Positions 1 to 9,448 of a stretch of DNA of 64,000 nucleotides are shown here, in pieces. The notes under the pieces were generated by a model that was not told where the DNA came from, ran no database searches, and worked only from the letters and a program-made list of their open reading frames with translations. The position numbers and the translations under genes are program-made. Numbering within the stretch: position 1 is the first letter of the stretch; each line of letters opens with the position of its first letter. The DNA is from a virus (taxonomy: Duplodnaviria; Caudoviricetes), in IMG/VR virus record IMGVR_UViG_3300006133_000325. One strand, written 5' to 3'.

Positions 1-1
1 C

Positions 2-823
2 CACTATACAGCAAATAAGACGGACAAAGCAGTAAACAATGCCAAAGCTTTCAATACTCATGTCGTAAATGCTTCTGCCCATTACTTCTGTGATAAAACT
101 TCTATTTACCAATCTGTACCTGATTCTACTATTGCCTGGTCAGTTGGCGGAAATAAGTATAGCGACTGCGCTACTACTGGTGGCGGTAAAATGTATGGCG
201 TCATCACAAATAGCAACAGCATTTCCATTGAACTATGTTCAGATAATGGTATTATCGCAAAAGAAACCATCGAAAATGCTGTTGCTCTAACAAAGCAGCT
301 CATGTCCAAATATAATATCGCTTATGGAAATGTATATAGACATTTTGATGTAACTGGGAAATATTGTCCTGGTTGGACTGGATGGTGGGGGAAGAACTGC
401 AAGCTCTGGGACGATTTTAAATCTAAAATTAAAGATGGTAAGAAAAAAATCAAAGCTTCTTGCGCTTTTTACAAAAAAGACAATGTAGCAGATGGAAAAC
501 TTGGAACTTTTAAAGAAGGAAATCATATCTATTGGATAAAAGATATGGGAAACGGATGGTCTTATGTTTGTTCCAATGGAAAATTTGGCTATGTCAAAAA
601 TAGTTGCATTAATCGTTCTGGATTATCCACTTATAAAATTGGTCAGGCTATAGAAGATGTTATGCTTCGTTCTGGTATGGTAGTGAGTAAATCTACGAAC
701 ATTAAAACAATCAAGAAGGGAGTAACTTTTAAAGTTATCTGTAAAATTGGCAGTTGGTATCAGGTGAGAATTTCTGATGGGACTACCGGATATATGGTAA
801 GTAAAAAGGTTAAAGTAAAATAA
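2..823 (+). CDS. Phage endolysin, N-acetylmuramoyl-L-alanine amidase (Amidase_2) with C-terminal SH3b-like domains; 5' end lies outside the window
   Basis: Frame 2 is open from base 2: HYTAN...ASAHYF...IAWSVGG...SISIELC...RHFDVTGKYCPG (Amidase_2 Zn motifs), then two SH3-like repeats (GWSYV, SWYQVRISDGTTGYM). Extends the listed ORF 191..823. Confidence 0.9.
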   Translation, partial: HYTANKTDKAVNNAKAFNTHVVNASAHYFCDKTSIYQSVPDSTIAWSVGGNKYSDCATTGGGKMYGVITNSNSISIELCSDNGIIAKETIENAVALTKQLMSKYNIAYGNVYRHFDVTGKYCPGWTGWWGKNCKLWDDFKSKIKDGKKKIKASCAFYKKDNVADGKLGTFKEGNHIYWIKDMGNGWSYVCSNGKFGYVKNSCINRSGLSTYKIGQAIEDVMLRSGMVVSKSTNIKTIKKGVTFKVICKIGSWYQVRISDGTTGYMVSKKVKVK

Positions 824-838
824 TAGAACAAACAATTT

Positions 839-877
839 ATGGGGGTATTCACAATCATGTGAGTACCCCCATTTTTT
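839..877. terminator. Intrinsic terminator between convergent lysin and integrase
   Basis: ATGGGGGTATTCACA-atca-TGTGAGTACCCCCAT stem followed by a T tract. Confidence 0.8.
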
Positions 878-898
878 ACCATCAATAATATTCGTTTT

Positions 899-2119
899 TT
901 AAACCTCTATCACATCAATCTGCGAAGCTGCTTCTTTCATCTGTTCTTCTACAAAATGTATATATGTTTTTTCGCAAACTTCAACAGAATGCCCCAATAT
1001 TTTTGCAATTGTAACAATAGGAACATTTTTTCTGAAATATAAGCTTGCACAAGTATGTCTTAATATATGTGTACCATAGGATTGCACTTGTGTATCGGCG
1101 GCGATTTCAATTTGTCTAATCGTATCCGAAATATTTTTTATCGTACTGGTTCTTCGATTTCTTGTAGAAATTACAAAATCGTCCTCTTCTTTGTACTCTG
1201 AAACCTCTAAATGTTTTAATAGCAACTGTTTCGCTCTAGTATTCATTGGTACATATCTGTTTTTACTCATTTTTGTAGAATTTTGGATGCTATAGATAGT
1301 CTTTTTGATTCCATGCTCACGCATAGCATTTGGCTGGCTTTTATCATATTTAGGGTTTGCACATTCTATCAGTGTTTTACACACATAAATGGTATTCTTT
1401 TCAAAGTCAATATCTTTCCATCGAAGGGCGAGCAATTCACCAATTCTCATTCCTAAATAAATATTTGCCGCAATAGCATATCCATAGCGATACTTCATTG
1501 TGCCAGTATTGTGCCTTACCCCACACTCCATGATAAATTTTTCAATATCCTCTTGTTCAAAAAATTCTATTTGCTTTGCTTCTACTTTAACATTATTTTT
1601 AGTTGGAGCTGTTACCAATAGCATTGGGTTTGAAAATTTATCTTTTATAGAAGCATAACGATAAAAATCATTTAAAGCATCATAGGTCTTTTTGATGGTA
1701 GAATAGGAATACCTATTTCGGATTAAATCCTGTATAACTGATTGAATCTCTTCGCTATCCAATAGCTGGTATCTCATAGAACCAATTTTTGATGGCTCAA
1801 TTTGATTTCGTATTGTGCTTTCCAAACGTTGATAGGATTGTGGTTTTAACTTGTTCTGTTTCGTAGTATAGAGCCACTTATTCATCGCTTCTGTTAAAGT
1901 AAGTTTTGAACTACTGGGCATTTCAAGAAGCTCCTGTTCTAACTGACGCATTTTACTGATGCACTCTTTTGGGGAGGAACCATATACCACTCTAGTACGT
2001 TTAGGATTTCCAATGCTTTTACGGTACATAACCTTTCCATTCTCCCGGATCGACATACTGCCTTCTCCATATGGCAAAATAGGTAACTTAATTTTTTTCA
2101 AGCCAGTGTTCTCTTTCAT
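899..2119 (-). CDS. int: Tyrosine recombinase / phage integrase
   Basis: GMRIGELLALRWKDIDF, HILRHTCAS, LGHS...TYIH catalytic R-H-R-H-Y pattern; N-terminal arm-binding and SAM-like domains. Confidence 0.95.
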   Translation of the reverse strand: MKENTGLKKIKLPILPYGEGSMSIRENGKVMYRKSIGNPKRTRVVYGSSPKECISKMRQLEQELLEMPSSSKLTLTEAMNKWLYTTKQNKLKPQSYQRLESTIRNQIEPSKIGSMRYQLLDSEEIQSVIQDLIRNRYSYSTIKKTYDALNDFYRYASIKDKFSNPMLLVTAPTKNNVKVEAKQIEFFEQEDIEKFIMECGVRHNTGTMKYRYGYAIAANIYLGMRIGELLALRWKDIDFEKNTIYVCKTLIECANPKYDKSQPNAMREHGIKKTIYSIQNSTKMSKNRYVPMNTRAKQLLLKHLEVSEYKEEDDFVISTRNRRTSTIKNISDTIRQIEIAADTQVQSYGTHILRHTCASLYFRKNVPIVTIAKILGHSVEVCEKTYIHFVEEQMKEAASQIDVIEV

Positions 2120-2288
2120 TTAATCAACCTCCATTTTTCTTCATGTGAAGACCTGTGGCAAAATTTTTACAACATGATACATTTATCCTTTCTCCATTTC
2201 ATAATTTTTCTTACCCTACTTTTTTATTTCTCCATTACGTAAGGCAGTTTCATATCAAAAAGATCCGTGATCAAGTTTGCCACATGAA

Positions 2289-2312
2289 ATACACAAGTTC
2301 ATACACAACTTT
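2289..2312. repeat. Integrase arm-type binding repeats (left arm)
   Basis: ATACACAAG and ATACACAACTTT in tandem; the same motif recurs on the other side of the att core. Confidence 0.7.
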
Positions 2313-2383
2313 ACTCGTGAAAGAGGGTGATTTACAGTGAAAACAATACCAATTTCTCCCAAATCAACTGTTTTTTTCACAGC

Positions 2384-2431
2384 AAAAAAATACGCCGAAA
2401 CCCTTATTCTATCAGGTTTTCAGCGTATTTT
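2384..2431 (-). terminator. Terminator downstream of the tRNA-Trp 3' half
   Basis: Minus strand AAAATACGCTGAAAACC...GGTTTCGGCGTATTTTTTT stem plus T tract directly after the tRNA fragment. Confidence 0.65.
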
Positions 2432-2438
2432 CTTCTAA

Positions 2439-2482
2439 CAGGGGATGAGAGAATCGAACTCCCGCTAAAGGTTTTGGAGACC
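2439..2482 (-). other. attP core: 3' half of tRNA-Trp(CCA), not a complete tRNA
   Basis: Minus strand GGTCTCCAAAACCTTTAGCGGGAGTTCGATTCTCTCATCCCCTG gives anticodon loop CTCCAAA, T-arm GGGAG-TTCGATT-CTCTC and the acceptor 3' strand; no matching 5' acceptor or D-arm upstream. Confidence 0.85.
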
Positions 2483-2530
2483 CTTGAAATAAGCCGAAAA
2501 ACGTGATAAAATCAAGGTTTCTATAAAAGC

Positions 2531-2555
2531 ATACACAACTTTTTACACAACTTTT
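2531..2555. repeat. Integrase arm-type binding repeats (right arm)
   Basis: ATACACAACTTTT followed by TACACAACTTTT. Confidence 0.7.
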
Positions 2556-2700
2556 AGATTAAGAATTTTATTGCATAAAATTGTAGAAAGTTTTGGTATA
2601 ACCAACCTCTTCATCAAGCATCTACAATATATACTAAATAAGATTCTATGTCAATTCCCATTTCATAAATTTCCTATTCTACTATCAAAATTACTCTATT

Positions 2701-2901
2701 TTACAATTTATATTCTTTTCGTGTATAATCATGTAACCATTTTTCATATTCATCGTTAAGTATATAAAATCTTCTTCCTATTTTAATTTTAGGAAAATCT
2801 TTTTGATTTACTATTTCGTAGGCTCTGTTTATTCCACATCCAAGAGAATCTTTAATATCTTTGACTTTTAAAACTTTAATTTCACCCATTAAATAGCTCA
2901 C
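2701..2901 (-). CDS. Excisionase-like HTH_17 DNA-binding protein
   Basis: [22 protein letters not shown]...[12 protein letters not shown] winged-HTH signature; next to att and int. Confidence 0.8.
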   Translation of the reverse strand: MSYLMGEIKVLKVKDIKDSLGCGINRAYEIVNQKDFPKIKIGRRFYILNDEYEKWLHDYTRKEYKL

Positions 2902-3338
2902 CTCTTCCCTGTACTCCCAACTCCTCCTCTATCCTTTCTCTCTAACTTATAGACCTCTTCAAACACCAGTCGCGGCTGATGCTCCATAACCCGAAACTGG
3001 CAGATTCTATCATTCACATGTATTGTCGTGTCTCGTAACGCATATGCCGGAAAATACCATTGGTCGTTATCACCACAGTAACTCTCATCAATGACCCCCA
3101 TATGATTTGTTTGTATGATACCAAAATTTTTAAATGTACTGCTACGAGGAACAATATGTGCTTCATATCCTTTTGGTAATTCTATTGCAATACCTAATGG
3201 AATTAAATGATATTCTCCGGCTTTTATTGTTACATCTTCTGCAGCACGTAGATCAATCCAGTCGGATTTTCTTCCAATATATTGTAATTTTTCTATTTTA
3301 TCTGTAAAATATTTCACTTTAATATTCAATTTTATCAT
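2898..3338 (-). CDS. dut: dUTPase (trimeric)
   Basis: [33 protein letters not shown] motifs. Confidence 0.95.
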   Translation of the reverse strand: MIKLNIKVKYFTDKIEKLQYIGRKSDWIDLRAAEDVTIKAGEYHLIPLGIAIELPKGYEAHIVPRSSTFKNFGIIQTNHMGVIDESYCGDNDQWYFPAYALRDTTIHVNDRICQFRVMEHQPRLVFEEVYKLERKDRGGVGSTGKR

Positions 3339-3599
3339 TTTGCTTCTTCCTGCGTCATTATTTTATCCTATTTTGGCAAGAAGACTCCGACCTCTAAGGT
3401 TGGGGATGAATTGCCTCTTGCTTTTTTTCTGTCTCTTTGCTATACTAAGCACAATGATTAGTACATTGCTACGAAAATAAAACTCGTAGCCAGGAACTGA
3501 ACCTTGACAACAAATGTTTTCAACAATCATGAAAGCATAGCTATAAAGCAGTCAAATAAGATAGGCTGCTTATGGTAACATATTGCAAATACAAATAGG

Positions 3600-4757
3600 T
3601 CAGCCCTGAGCTTCTACGTGATAGCCATGCTTCTCTAATTCACGTATGTATCGGGAAAGCTGTTTTTGTTCACTGTTTTTACGTCTGGCTTCAAAACAGG
3701 ATTCATCGAAAGGAGTGCCTTGCTTTAGCATGGTGTAGATAATTACAAGAAGTTTTCTGGCAAGGGCAACAATGGCTTTTTTAGCTCCCTTCTTCTGTTT
3801 GATTCTCCAATACCAGGCAGACAAATAGGTGTTCCGTTTCCCGGCGCTTTCATTATTGCCAGGACACAGACCTGCCCATGAGCAGATATGCTCCGCAGTT
3901 TTAAACGGCTTCCTATCAATGCCGATTTCAGCAATGACCGCACAGGAAGCCGTTGTGCTTATTCCATAAATGCTGCTCAGCTGCTCCACTTGCAAAGCAA
4001 ATGGAGCCATATCCGCCTCAAGATTCTTTTCAATTTCAGCAAGATGTTCTTTTAAAGAATCCTAATGATCCATAAGGATCTTTAGGAAGGCTTTTTGATG
4101 TTCCGACAGGCTTCCATTCACAGACATGAGGATTTCATCTATACGGTTTCTGGTCTTTGTTTTTAAGCAGGAGTCCAAAGAAGGCTTGTCAATCTGCCCA
4201 TGTTCAATCAGGTATCGTATGATGTTCCTGCCCGAAGCCCCAAAAATATCAGAAATAAAAGAGGAAAGGCGAAAGCCAGAGCTTTGCAGGAACTTCTCAA
4301 CTCTGTTTTTCTGGGATGTGATATCACGGATGACACTTTTACGGTAACGATTTAAGTCACGGAACTCCCGGATTCTTTTTTCGGGAATAAAGCTGCCATT
4401 CAAAAGCCCGGCACGTAACAGGGTGGAAATCCATTCAGAATCCCGCATGTCTGTTTTCTTGCCAGGGACATTCTTCATATGGCGTGCGTTTACAACCAGC
4501 AAGGTAATATCACCGCCAAATGCTTCTTCCAATATTTCGTAAATAGGCATCCAGTAAATACCTGTGCTTTCCATAGCAACATGATGGCAGTTTTGAGAAA
4601 CAATCCAGTCCCGTAAAGCAACCATATCGGGGATTAAGGTGGTAAACTCCCGGATTTCGGAATTTGTCGGTTTACCCAAAGGACCAGTCAGGATACAGGC
4701 AACAATTTTATCTTTGTGGACATCGAGCCCACAGGAAATTTCCAGAAGGTCTTTCAT
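3600..4757 (-). pseudogene. IS110 transposase/recombinase pseudogene
   Basis: CGLDVHK, AMESTGIYW, KKTDMRDS (DEDD RuvC domain) and AEIG...SWAGLCPGNNESAGK; in-frame TAG at 4062-4064 splits ORFs 4062..4835 and 3600..4010; apparent internal deletion after ESAGKR. Confidence 0.9.
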
Positions 4758-4769
4758 ACAGAGCATCTC

Positions 4770-5020
4770 CTTTGCAATAGAATGGGCAGGAGATTTGCCC
4801 GAGGTGATACGGACTTTGCTACTCGTGCTAACCATAAAAGGCGCGACAATATGCTGTACTCAAGGGCAAAACGTTTACGTTGACAAACGGGGTGCAAATC
4901 CTCCAAGGTGCAATCAAACTTAATCCTGCCTAAAACTATTATAAAACAAGACAGGAAACTAAAACAGTAGTGGAGCCAGTCCCCTATTTTCATTACAGGC
5001 TGTGATAACCTTTCATGATT
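4770..5020 (-). ncRNA. Candidate IS110 bridge/seek RNA (non-coding end upstream of the transposase)
   Basis: About 250 nt non-coding IS end with several stems; contains CGTTGACAA (4878-4886), identical to the IS right junction 5021-5029. Confidence 0.55.
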
Positions 5021-5126
5021 CGTTGACAACTGGATATAGCAGGTTGCACAGAGAAAACCAATATGCGAAAACCAAGCGTCCTTCTGTGCGTAAAATATCC
5101 AAGGTACGAATCGAACGTCATTCGGG

Positions 5127-5223
5127 AAACCGTCGGGCGGACGGGGTTAGCTCGTTGATACTTAGTCCATTAGGGCTATTGAGCGAGAAGCCCCCACTTC
5201 TTAAAGTGGTGGGAGTACGTCAC
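5127..5223 (+). ncRNA. TnpB-type omega RNA (reRNA) scaffold, orphan
   Basis: AACCGTCGGGCGGACGGGGTTAGCTCG...CGAGAAGCCCCCACTTC...GTGGTGGGAGTACGTCAC resembles clostridial IS605/IS1341 right-end RNAs. Confidence 0.6.
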
Positions 5224-5437
5224 TTTCTCCTATCCTTTTAACTATATCTATATCTGGAACCTCAATTACTATTTTATCTCCCATTCTTTTTACAAAATAC
5301 ATCTTCTGAAAATTTTCTATTAGTTCATCTCTCTTTCTAAGTGATTTTGTATCTGAAATTGGTAATCCTTGTAATATTTTTAAAGTACAATCATGCGATA
5401 ATATTAATTTCCTCTTCTCTCCCGTATTCTTTCCCAA
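5201..5437 (-). CDS. Small hypothetical protein whose 3' end was replaced by the IS insertion
   Basis: ORF track; last codons (SDVLPPL) derive from the IS right end. Confidence 0.5.
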   Translation of the reverse strand: MGKNTGEKRKLILSHDCTLKILQGLPISDTKSLRKRDELIENFQKMYFVKRMGDKIVIEVPDIDIVKRIGESDVLPPL

Positions 5438-5521
5438 AACAATTCCTTCTTTCTATATAGAAATACAATAAACCAGACACTGTAACTCCTATTTTTTGTC
5501 ATGAATTTGGTTTTTCTACTC

Positions 5522-5677
5522 TCAGGGCTTTTCTTTATAATTATCACAAAGAATCCTTTGACCAAAATAAAATGTTTTTAACTTTCTTTTGCAATATATT
5601 AAGACATGTTTTGGATCTTTGTCATCTACTACTGCATTCTTACATTTTGTACACGGTGATGTTTTGATATTTTTCAT
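5522..5677 (-). CDS. Small Cys-containing hypothetical protein (51 aa)
   Basis: MKNIKTSPCTKCKN...YCKRK...LCDNYKEKP; start overlaps the stop of 5674..6063 (ATGA). Confidence 0.55.
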   Translation of the reverse strand: MKNIKTSPCTKCKNAVVDDKDPKHVLIYCKRKLKTFYFGQRILCDNYKEKP

Positions 5678-6063
5678 ACCGTTGTAGCTCCAATCTCTTT
5701 TAATTCCATATAGATACTTTTGTTGATTCTTTTTACCACATTGTTATGACTTTCACCTTCTATTCTATAAAACGGTGGATATGGCAACCCCATTTGAGTG
5801 TTTATCACATCTATATCTACACTGCCATTCGATTCACTTACAATAATTTCGCAATCTATGTAATTTTTATAAACATGAAATCGTTTTATATATATTTTTA
5901 TATTTTCTTGTGTTAGGCGACTATAACCCTTTTTCGTTAGCTCTCGGATACGGTCATTGGATAATATAAATTTTTTACTTGCAATAGAAAAGTTTTTATG
6001 TCTCATAGTTATTCCTCCTGAAAAATGTATTTGGATTTTTGGGGTTAAACCACTTACTCCCAT
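5674..6063 (-). CDS. Hypothetical protein
   Basis: ORF in the operon; GGAGG upstream of an internal Met (MRHKN) suggests the later start. Confidence 0.6.
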   Translation of the reverse strand: MGVSGLTPKIQIHFSGGITMRHKNFSIASKKFILSNDRIRELTKKGYSRLTQENIKIYIKRFHVYKNYIDCEIIVSESNGSVDIDVINTQMGLPYPPFYRIEGESHNNVVKRINKSIYMELKEIGATTV

Positions 6064-6605
6064 AATGTCACTTCTCCATTTCTAATAGATTTTTGTATGT
6101 CAATTATCCTTTGGTTATGACTACCTTTAAATGCCAAATGAATATCACGATTTTCATCTTGATACAAACCATCTACCAAAATATCACACAATGATAAAAT
6201 CTGTTGTCGTTTCCATCTTCCAACAGAAAGCTTCTCTTGTGTTAGGGGATGATAATGCCATTTCGGATCAAAAATATGTTCCCAATTATATCCAGAATAA
6301 ATCCAAATCTTTTTTACTGGTGATAAAACACGTATTTCATAAACCAAATCTCTTATTCCCTTTAGGTTTTCTTCCGCAAGAGGTTCGCCACCTAATATGG
6401 AAATACGTTTTATATATGACCTATTAGCTAATTTTAAAAACTCTGCTTTTATTTCGTCTGTCCATTCTTTTCCTGAGTTAAAACTCCATGTTTCAGGATT
6501 AAAACAATTTTTGCAATGAAATGAACACCCTTGGACAAAAAGAGAGATTCCCACTCCCTCTCCATTACTTATATCCATACTTCTAATGCTTGCATATCTC
6601 ATCAA
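6054..6605 (-). CDS. nrdG: Anaerobic ribonucleotide reductase activating protein
   Basis: DISNGEGVGISLFVQGCSFHCKNCFN, LGGEP, FKGSHNQRII. Confidence 0.97.
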   Translation of the reverse strand: MMRYASIRSMDISNGEGVGISLFVQGCSFHCKNCFNPETWSFNSGKEWTDEIKAEFLKLANRSYIKRISILGGEPLAEENLKGIRDLVYEIRVLSPVKKIWIYSGYNWEHIFDPKWHYHPLTQEKLSVGRWKRQQILSLCDILVDGLYQDENRDIHLAFKGSHNQRIIDIQKSIRNGEVTLWE

Positions 6606-8863
6606 GAATCACATCCTTTATTCCTATGTTCAATATCGTCTAAATGAACAAACCGATCATGAATATCTCCTAACCTTCCTTGGTTCCACCCGTTAGTTGC
6701 TGTACCAAGGTAGCCGCAAGTACGTCTCACAACATTCATTTTATTTGTATCTCTATTATGACAATTCGGACATTCCCAAATAAGTCTATTATTTTTGTCA
6801 ATAAGCGTAATTTCCCCATCATAACCACATACTTGGCAATAATCACTTTTAGTATTAAGTTCTGCATACATAATATTATCATAGATGAATTTAATTACTT
6901 CCAATACTGCAGGTATATTATTTTGCATATTGGCTGTTTCAATATAAGAAATAGCGCCTCCTGGGCTTAATTTTTGAAATTTAGCCTCAATATGTAACTT
7001 TTCAAATGGATCAATCTTTTCAAATACTGGAATATGGTAAGAATTTGTCACATAATCACGATCTGTTATACCTTTTACTATTCCAAATCTTTCTCTTAAC
7101 TTTCTCGCAAACTTATAAGTAGTTGTTTCAAGTGGCGTTCCATATAGGCTATAATCAATATTCTCTTTCTCTTTCCATTGTCTACACTTGTCGTTTAAAG
7201 CTTGCATAACTTCTAATCCAAATTTTTCGCCAATTCCCTCATCACTATGACTATTGCCGGTCATATATTTTACACATTCATAAAGACCTGCATACCCTAA
7301 TGAAATAGTAGAATATCCATTATGTAATAATTTATCAATCGTTTCTCCTTTTTCTAATCTTGCTAATGCGCCATACCTCCACAAAATAGGAGCGACATCC
7401 GAATAGACACCTTCCAATCTCTCATGTCTCAAACGCAATGCTTTATGACATAGTTCTGTCCTTTCTTCAAACAGTTTCCAAAACTTATCCATATCACCTT
7501 CCGATGACAATGCAATATCTGGTAAATTTATTGTGACAACTCCTTGATTAAAACGACCATAATATTTATGTTTATCAGAAAGATAGTTTTTTGCATTTGC
7601 TACATTTCCGACTCCATTATCTGTAAATCTATCTGGTGTAAGAAAAGATCTGCAGCCCATACAAGTATATACATCTCCTTTTAGTTCAAACATTACTTTT
7701 TCGGAAATGTAATCAGGAACAAGTCTTTTTGCAGTACACTTTGCAGCAAGTTTTGTAAGATACCAATATGGACTACCCTCTACAATATTATCCTCTTCCA
7801 ATACATAAATCAGTTTAGGAAATGCTGGAGTAATCCAAACTCCTTGCTCGTTCTTAACTCCTTTATATCGCTGCTCTAACATTTCTTGTATTAACAGTGC
7901 TAAATCTTTTTTCTCTCTTTCGTCTTTAGCTTCATTTAAGTACATAAATACTGTAAGAAATGGAGCTTGTCCGTTTGTCGTCATAAGAGTAATAATTTGA
8001 TATTGTATAGTTTGTATCCCTTTTTTGATTTCGTTCTTAACACGCATTTCTGTGATTCTGTCTATTTCATGATTTATACAAGCTAAAGAATCATCTTTAT
8101 ATACATAAGAATTATTAACCCATTCGTTCTCAACTTCTTTTCTAATCTTTTGGCGACTTACTTCTACAAAAGGAGCTAAGTGCGCCAGGCTTACGCTCTG
8201 TCCTCCATATTGACTTGAAGCAACCTGAGCTATAATTTGGGTAGCAATATTACATGCCGTAGAAAAGCTGTGCGGCTTCTCAATTAAGGTTTCACTAATT
8301 ACAGTTCCATTTTGTAACATATCTTCTAAGTTGATAAGAGAACAATTGTGCATAAATTGTCCGAAATAATCTGCATCATGAAAATGCAATATCCCCTCGT
8401 CGTGCGCCTGGACAATCTCTGGAGGAAGTAAATATCTTCGTGTCATGTCAGTACTTACAATGCCTGCCATATAATCTCTTTGAGTCGTAGATAATCTTGG
8501 GTTTTTATTAGAATTTTCATTCTTCCAATAATCACTGTTACCTGTAAGAAGTTCTTCCATTTCTATATCTGTTGTATTAGAATTTTCTCTTTGAAACTCT
8601 CTGATACTTCTATAACCCTCATATGCTTTTGCTGTAAGTCTCTGCTTTTTACTAATCAGTTTATCATAAACCATAGTTTCTATATCGGAAATACTTATCT
8701 CTTCTTTTTCTTTGCATAATTCATAAATCTCATTTGCAATGTCTATAGCAATTTTTTCTTTTACAATCCCAGAACCATTTTTCATTGCTTTTAAAACAGC
8801 GCTAGAAATTTTATCTTTTTGAAAATCAACTAATGTGCAATCTCTTTTAATTACTTTTACCAT
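6602..8863 (-). CDS. nrdD: Anaerobic (class III) ribonucleoside-triphosphate reductase with ATP cone
   Basis: VIKRD ATP cone, HFHD, MGCRSFL, YVTNSYH, CQVCG...CPNC, RRTCGYLG glycyl-radical loop. Confidence 0.97.
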   Translation of the reverse strand: MVKVIKRDCTLVDFQKDKISSAVLKAMKNGSGIVKEKIAIDIANEIYELCKEKEEISISDIETMVYDKLISKKQRLTAKAYEGYRSIREFQRENSNTTDIEMEELLTGNSDYWKNENSNKNPRLSTTQRDYMAGIVSTDMTRRYLLPPEIVQAHDEGILHFHDADYFGQFMHNCSLINLEDMLQNGTVISETLIEKPHSFSTACNIATQIIAQVASSQYGGQSVSLAHLAPFVEVSRQKIRKEVENEWVNNSYVYKDDSLACINHEIDRITEMRVKNEIKKGIQTIQYQIITLMTTNGQAPFLTVFMYLNEAKDEREKKDLALLIQEMLEQRYKGVKNEQGVWITPAFPKLIYVLEEDNIVEGSPYWYLTKLAAKCTAKRLVPDYISEKVMFELKGDVYTCMGCRSFLTPDRFTDNGVGNVANAKNYLSDKHKYYGRFNQGVVTINLPDIALSSEGDMDKFWKLFEERTELCHKALRLRHERLEGVYSDVAPILWRYGALARLEKGETIDKLLHNGYSTISLGYAGLYECVKYMTGNSHSDEGIGEKFGLEVMQALNDKCRQWKEKENIDYSLYGTPLETTTYKFARKLRERFGIVKGITDRDYVTNSYHIPVFEKIDPFEKLHIEAKFQKLSPGGAISYIETANMQNNIPAVLEVIKFIYDNIMYAELNTKSDYCQVCGYDGEITLIDKNNRLIWECPNCHNRDTNKMNVVRRTCGYLGTATNGWNQGRLGDIHDRFVHLDDIEHRNKGCDS

Positions 8864-8888
8864 TTCTTCACCTTACCTTTATTGTTTG

Positions 8889-9434
8889 TTATATTTTATT
8901 CTCTTCTTGCTCTTCTTTCAAAATCGCCAAAATTTCTTCTATAATATCACAATAGCCTTTTTCGTCTCCATTCACCACTCTATAATCAATGGAATATCGT
9001 TCCATTATTCGTTCGATTTTATCTAATAGTGCATTGCTTTCTTCCTCACTTTCATGTCTCCCAACGGGGTTATATGGTTTTACACGTTTTACCAGATAAT
9101 TTAGATTCTCATAGCTACGAAATACATCCATCACAGAATATTCAAAATTATCTCCTAAATATGAACTAGTGTTATACACAATTGATAATGGAAGTGGGCT
9201 GTCTGTAACAATCACATCTACTTTATCCCTACATCTACTCAAACGATAACTTTGTTCTCCAAATAAATACGCTTGATTCTGAAAAGCGATTACGTTTTCT
9301 TCCCAAACCTTATCTTTTGCAAACTCTCCCACCAATTCTGCATTTACTCCATTCATTTTTAATTTTGCAAATATATAAGCAGCCCCTGTCGATTTTCCGG
9401 CTCCCGGGCAGCCAAATAAATTTATAACTATCAT
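8889..9434 (-). CDS. P-loop nucleotide kinase-like ATPase (AAA_28/NadR-like)
   Basis: INLFGCPGAGKST Walker A, VIVTDSPL, YNPVGR. Confidence 0.75.
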   Translation of the reverse strand: MIVINLFGCPGAGKSTGAAYIFAKLKMNGVNAELVGEFAKDKVWEENVIAFQNQAYLFGEQSYRLSRCRDKVDVIVTDSPLPLSIVYNTSSYLGDNFEYSVMDVFRSYENLNYLVKRVKPYNPVGRHESEEESNALLDKIERIMERYSIDYRVVNGDEKGYCDIIEEILAILKEEQEENKI

Positions 9435-9448
9435 ATCATGTACCTCTT

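Larger units (their letters stand above)
3504..5030 (-). mobile_element. IS110-family insertion sequence
   Basis: TTGACAAC at both boundaries (3504-3511, 5023-5030); subterminal inverted repeat AATCATGAAAG (3525-3535) / CTTTCATGATT (5010-5020); IS110 transposase inside. Confidence 0.85.
3377..5223 (+). mobile_element. Non-autonomous IS200/IS605-type element (no tnpA or tnpB) carrying a nested IS110
   Basis: Left-end hairpin CTCCGACCT/AGGTTGGGG (3385-3405), right-end hairpin CCCCCACTT/AAGTGGTGGG (5191-5213) ending in ...GTCAC; removing 3377-5223 restores an ORF end (KRIGE-TKIG*). Confidence 0.7.

Noticed and set aside
2439-2520. Complete phage tRNA-Trp gene
   Set aside because: No 5' acceptor strand or D-arm upstream; it is an att core fragment.
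3377-5223. IStron (group I intron-IS chimera)
   Set aside because: No group I P/Q/R/S core in the residual sequence, and the element is antisense to the interrupted ORF.
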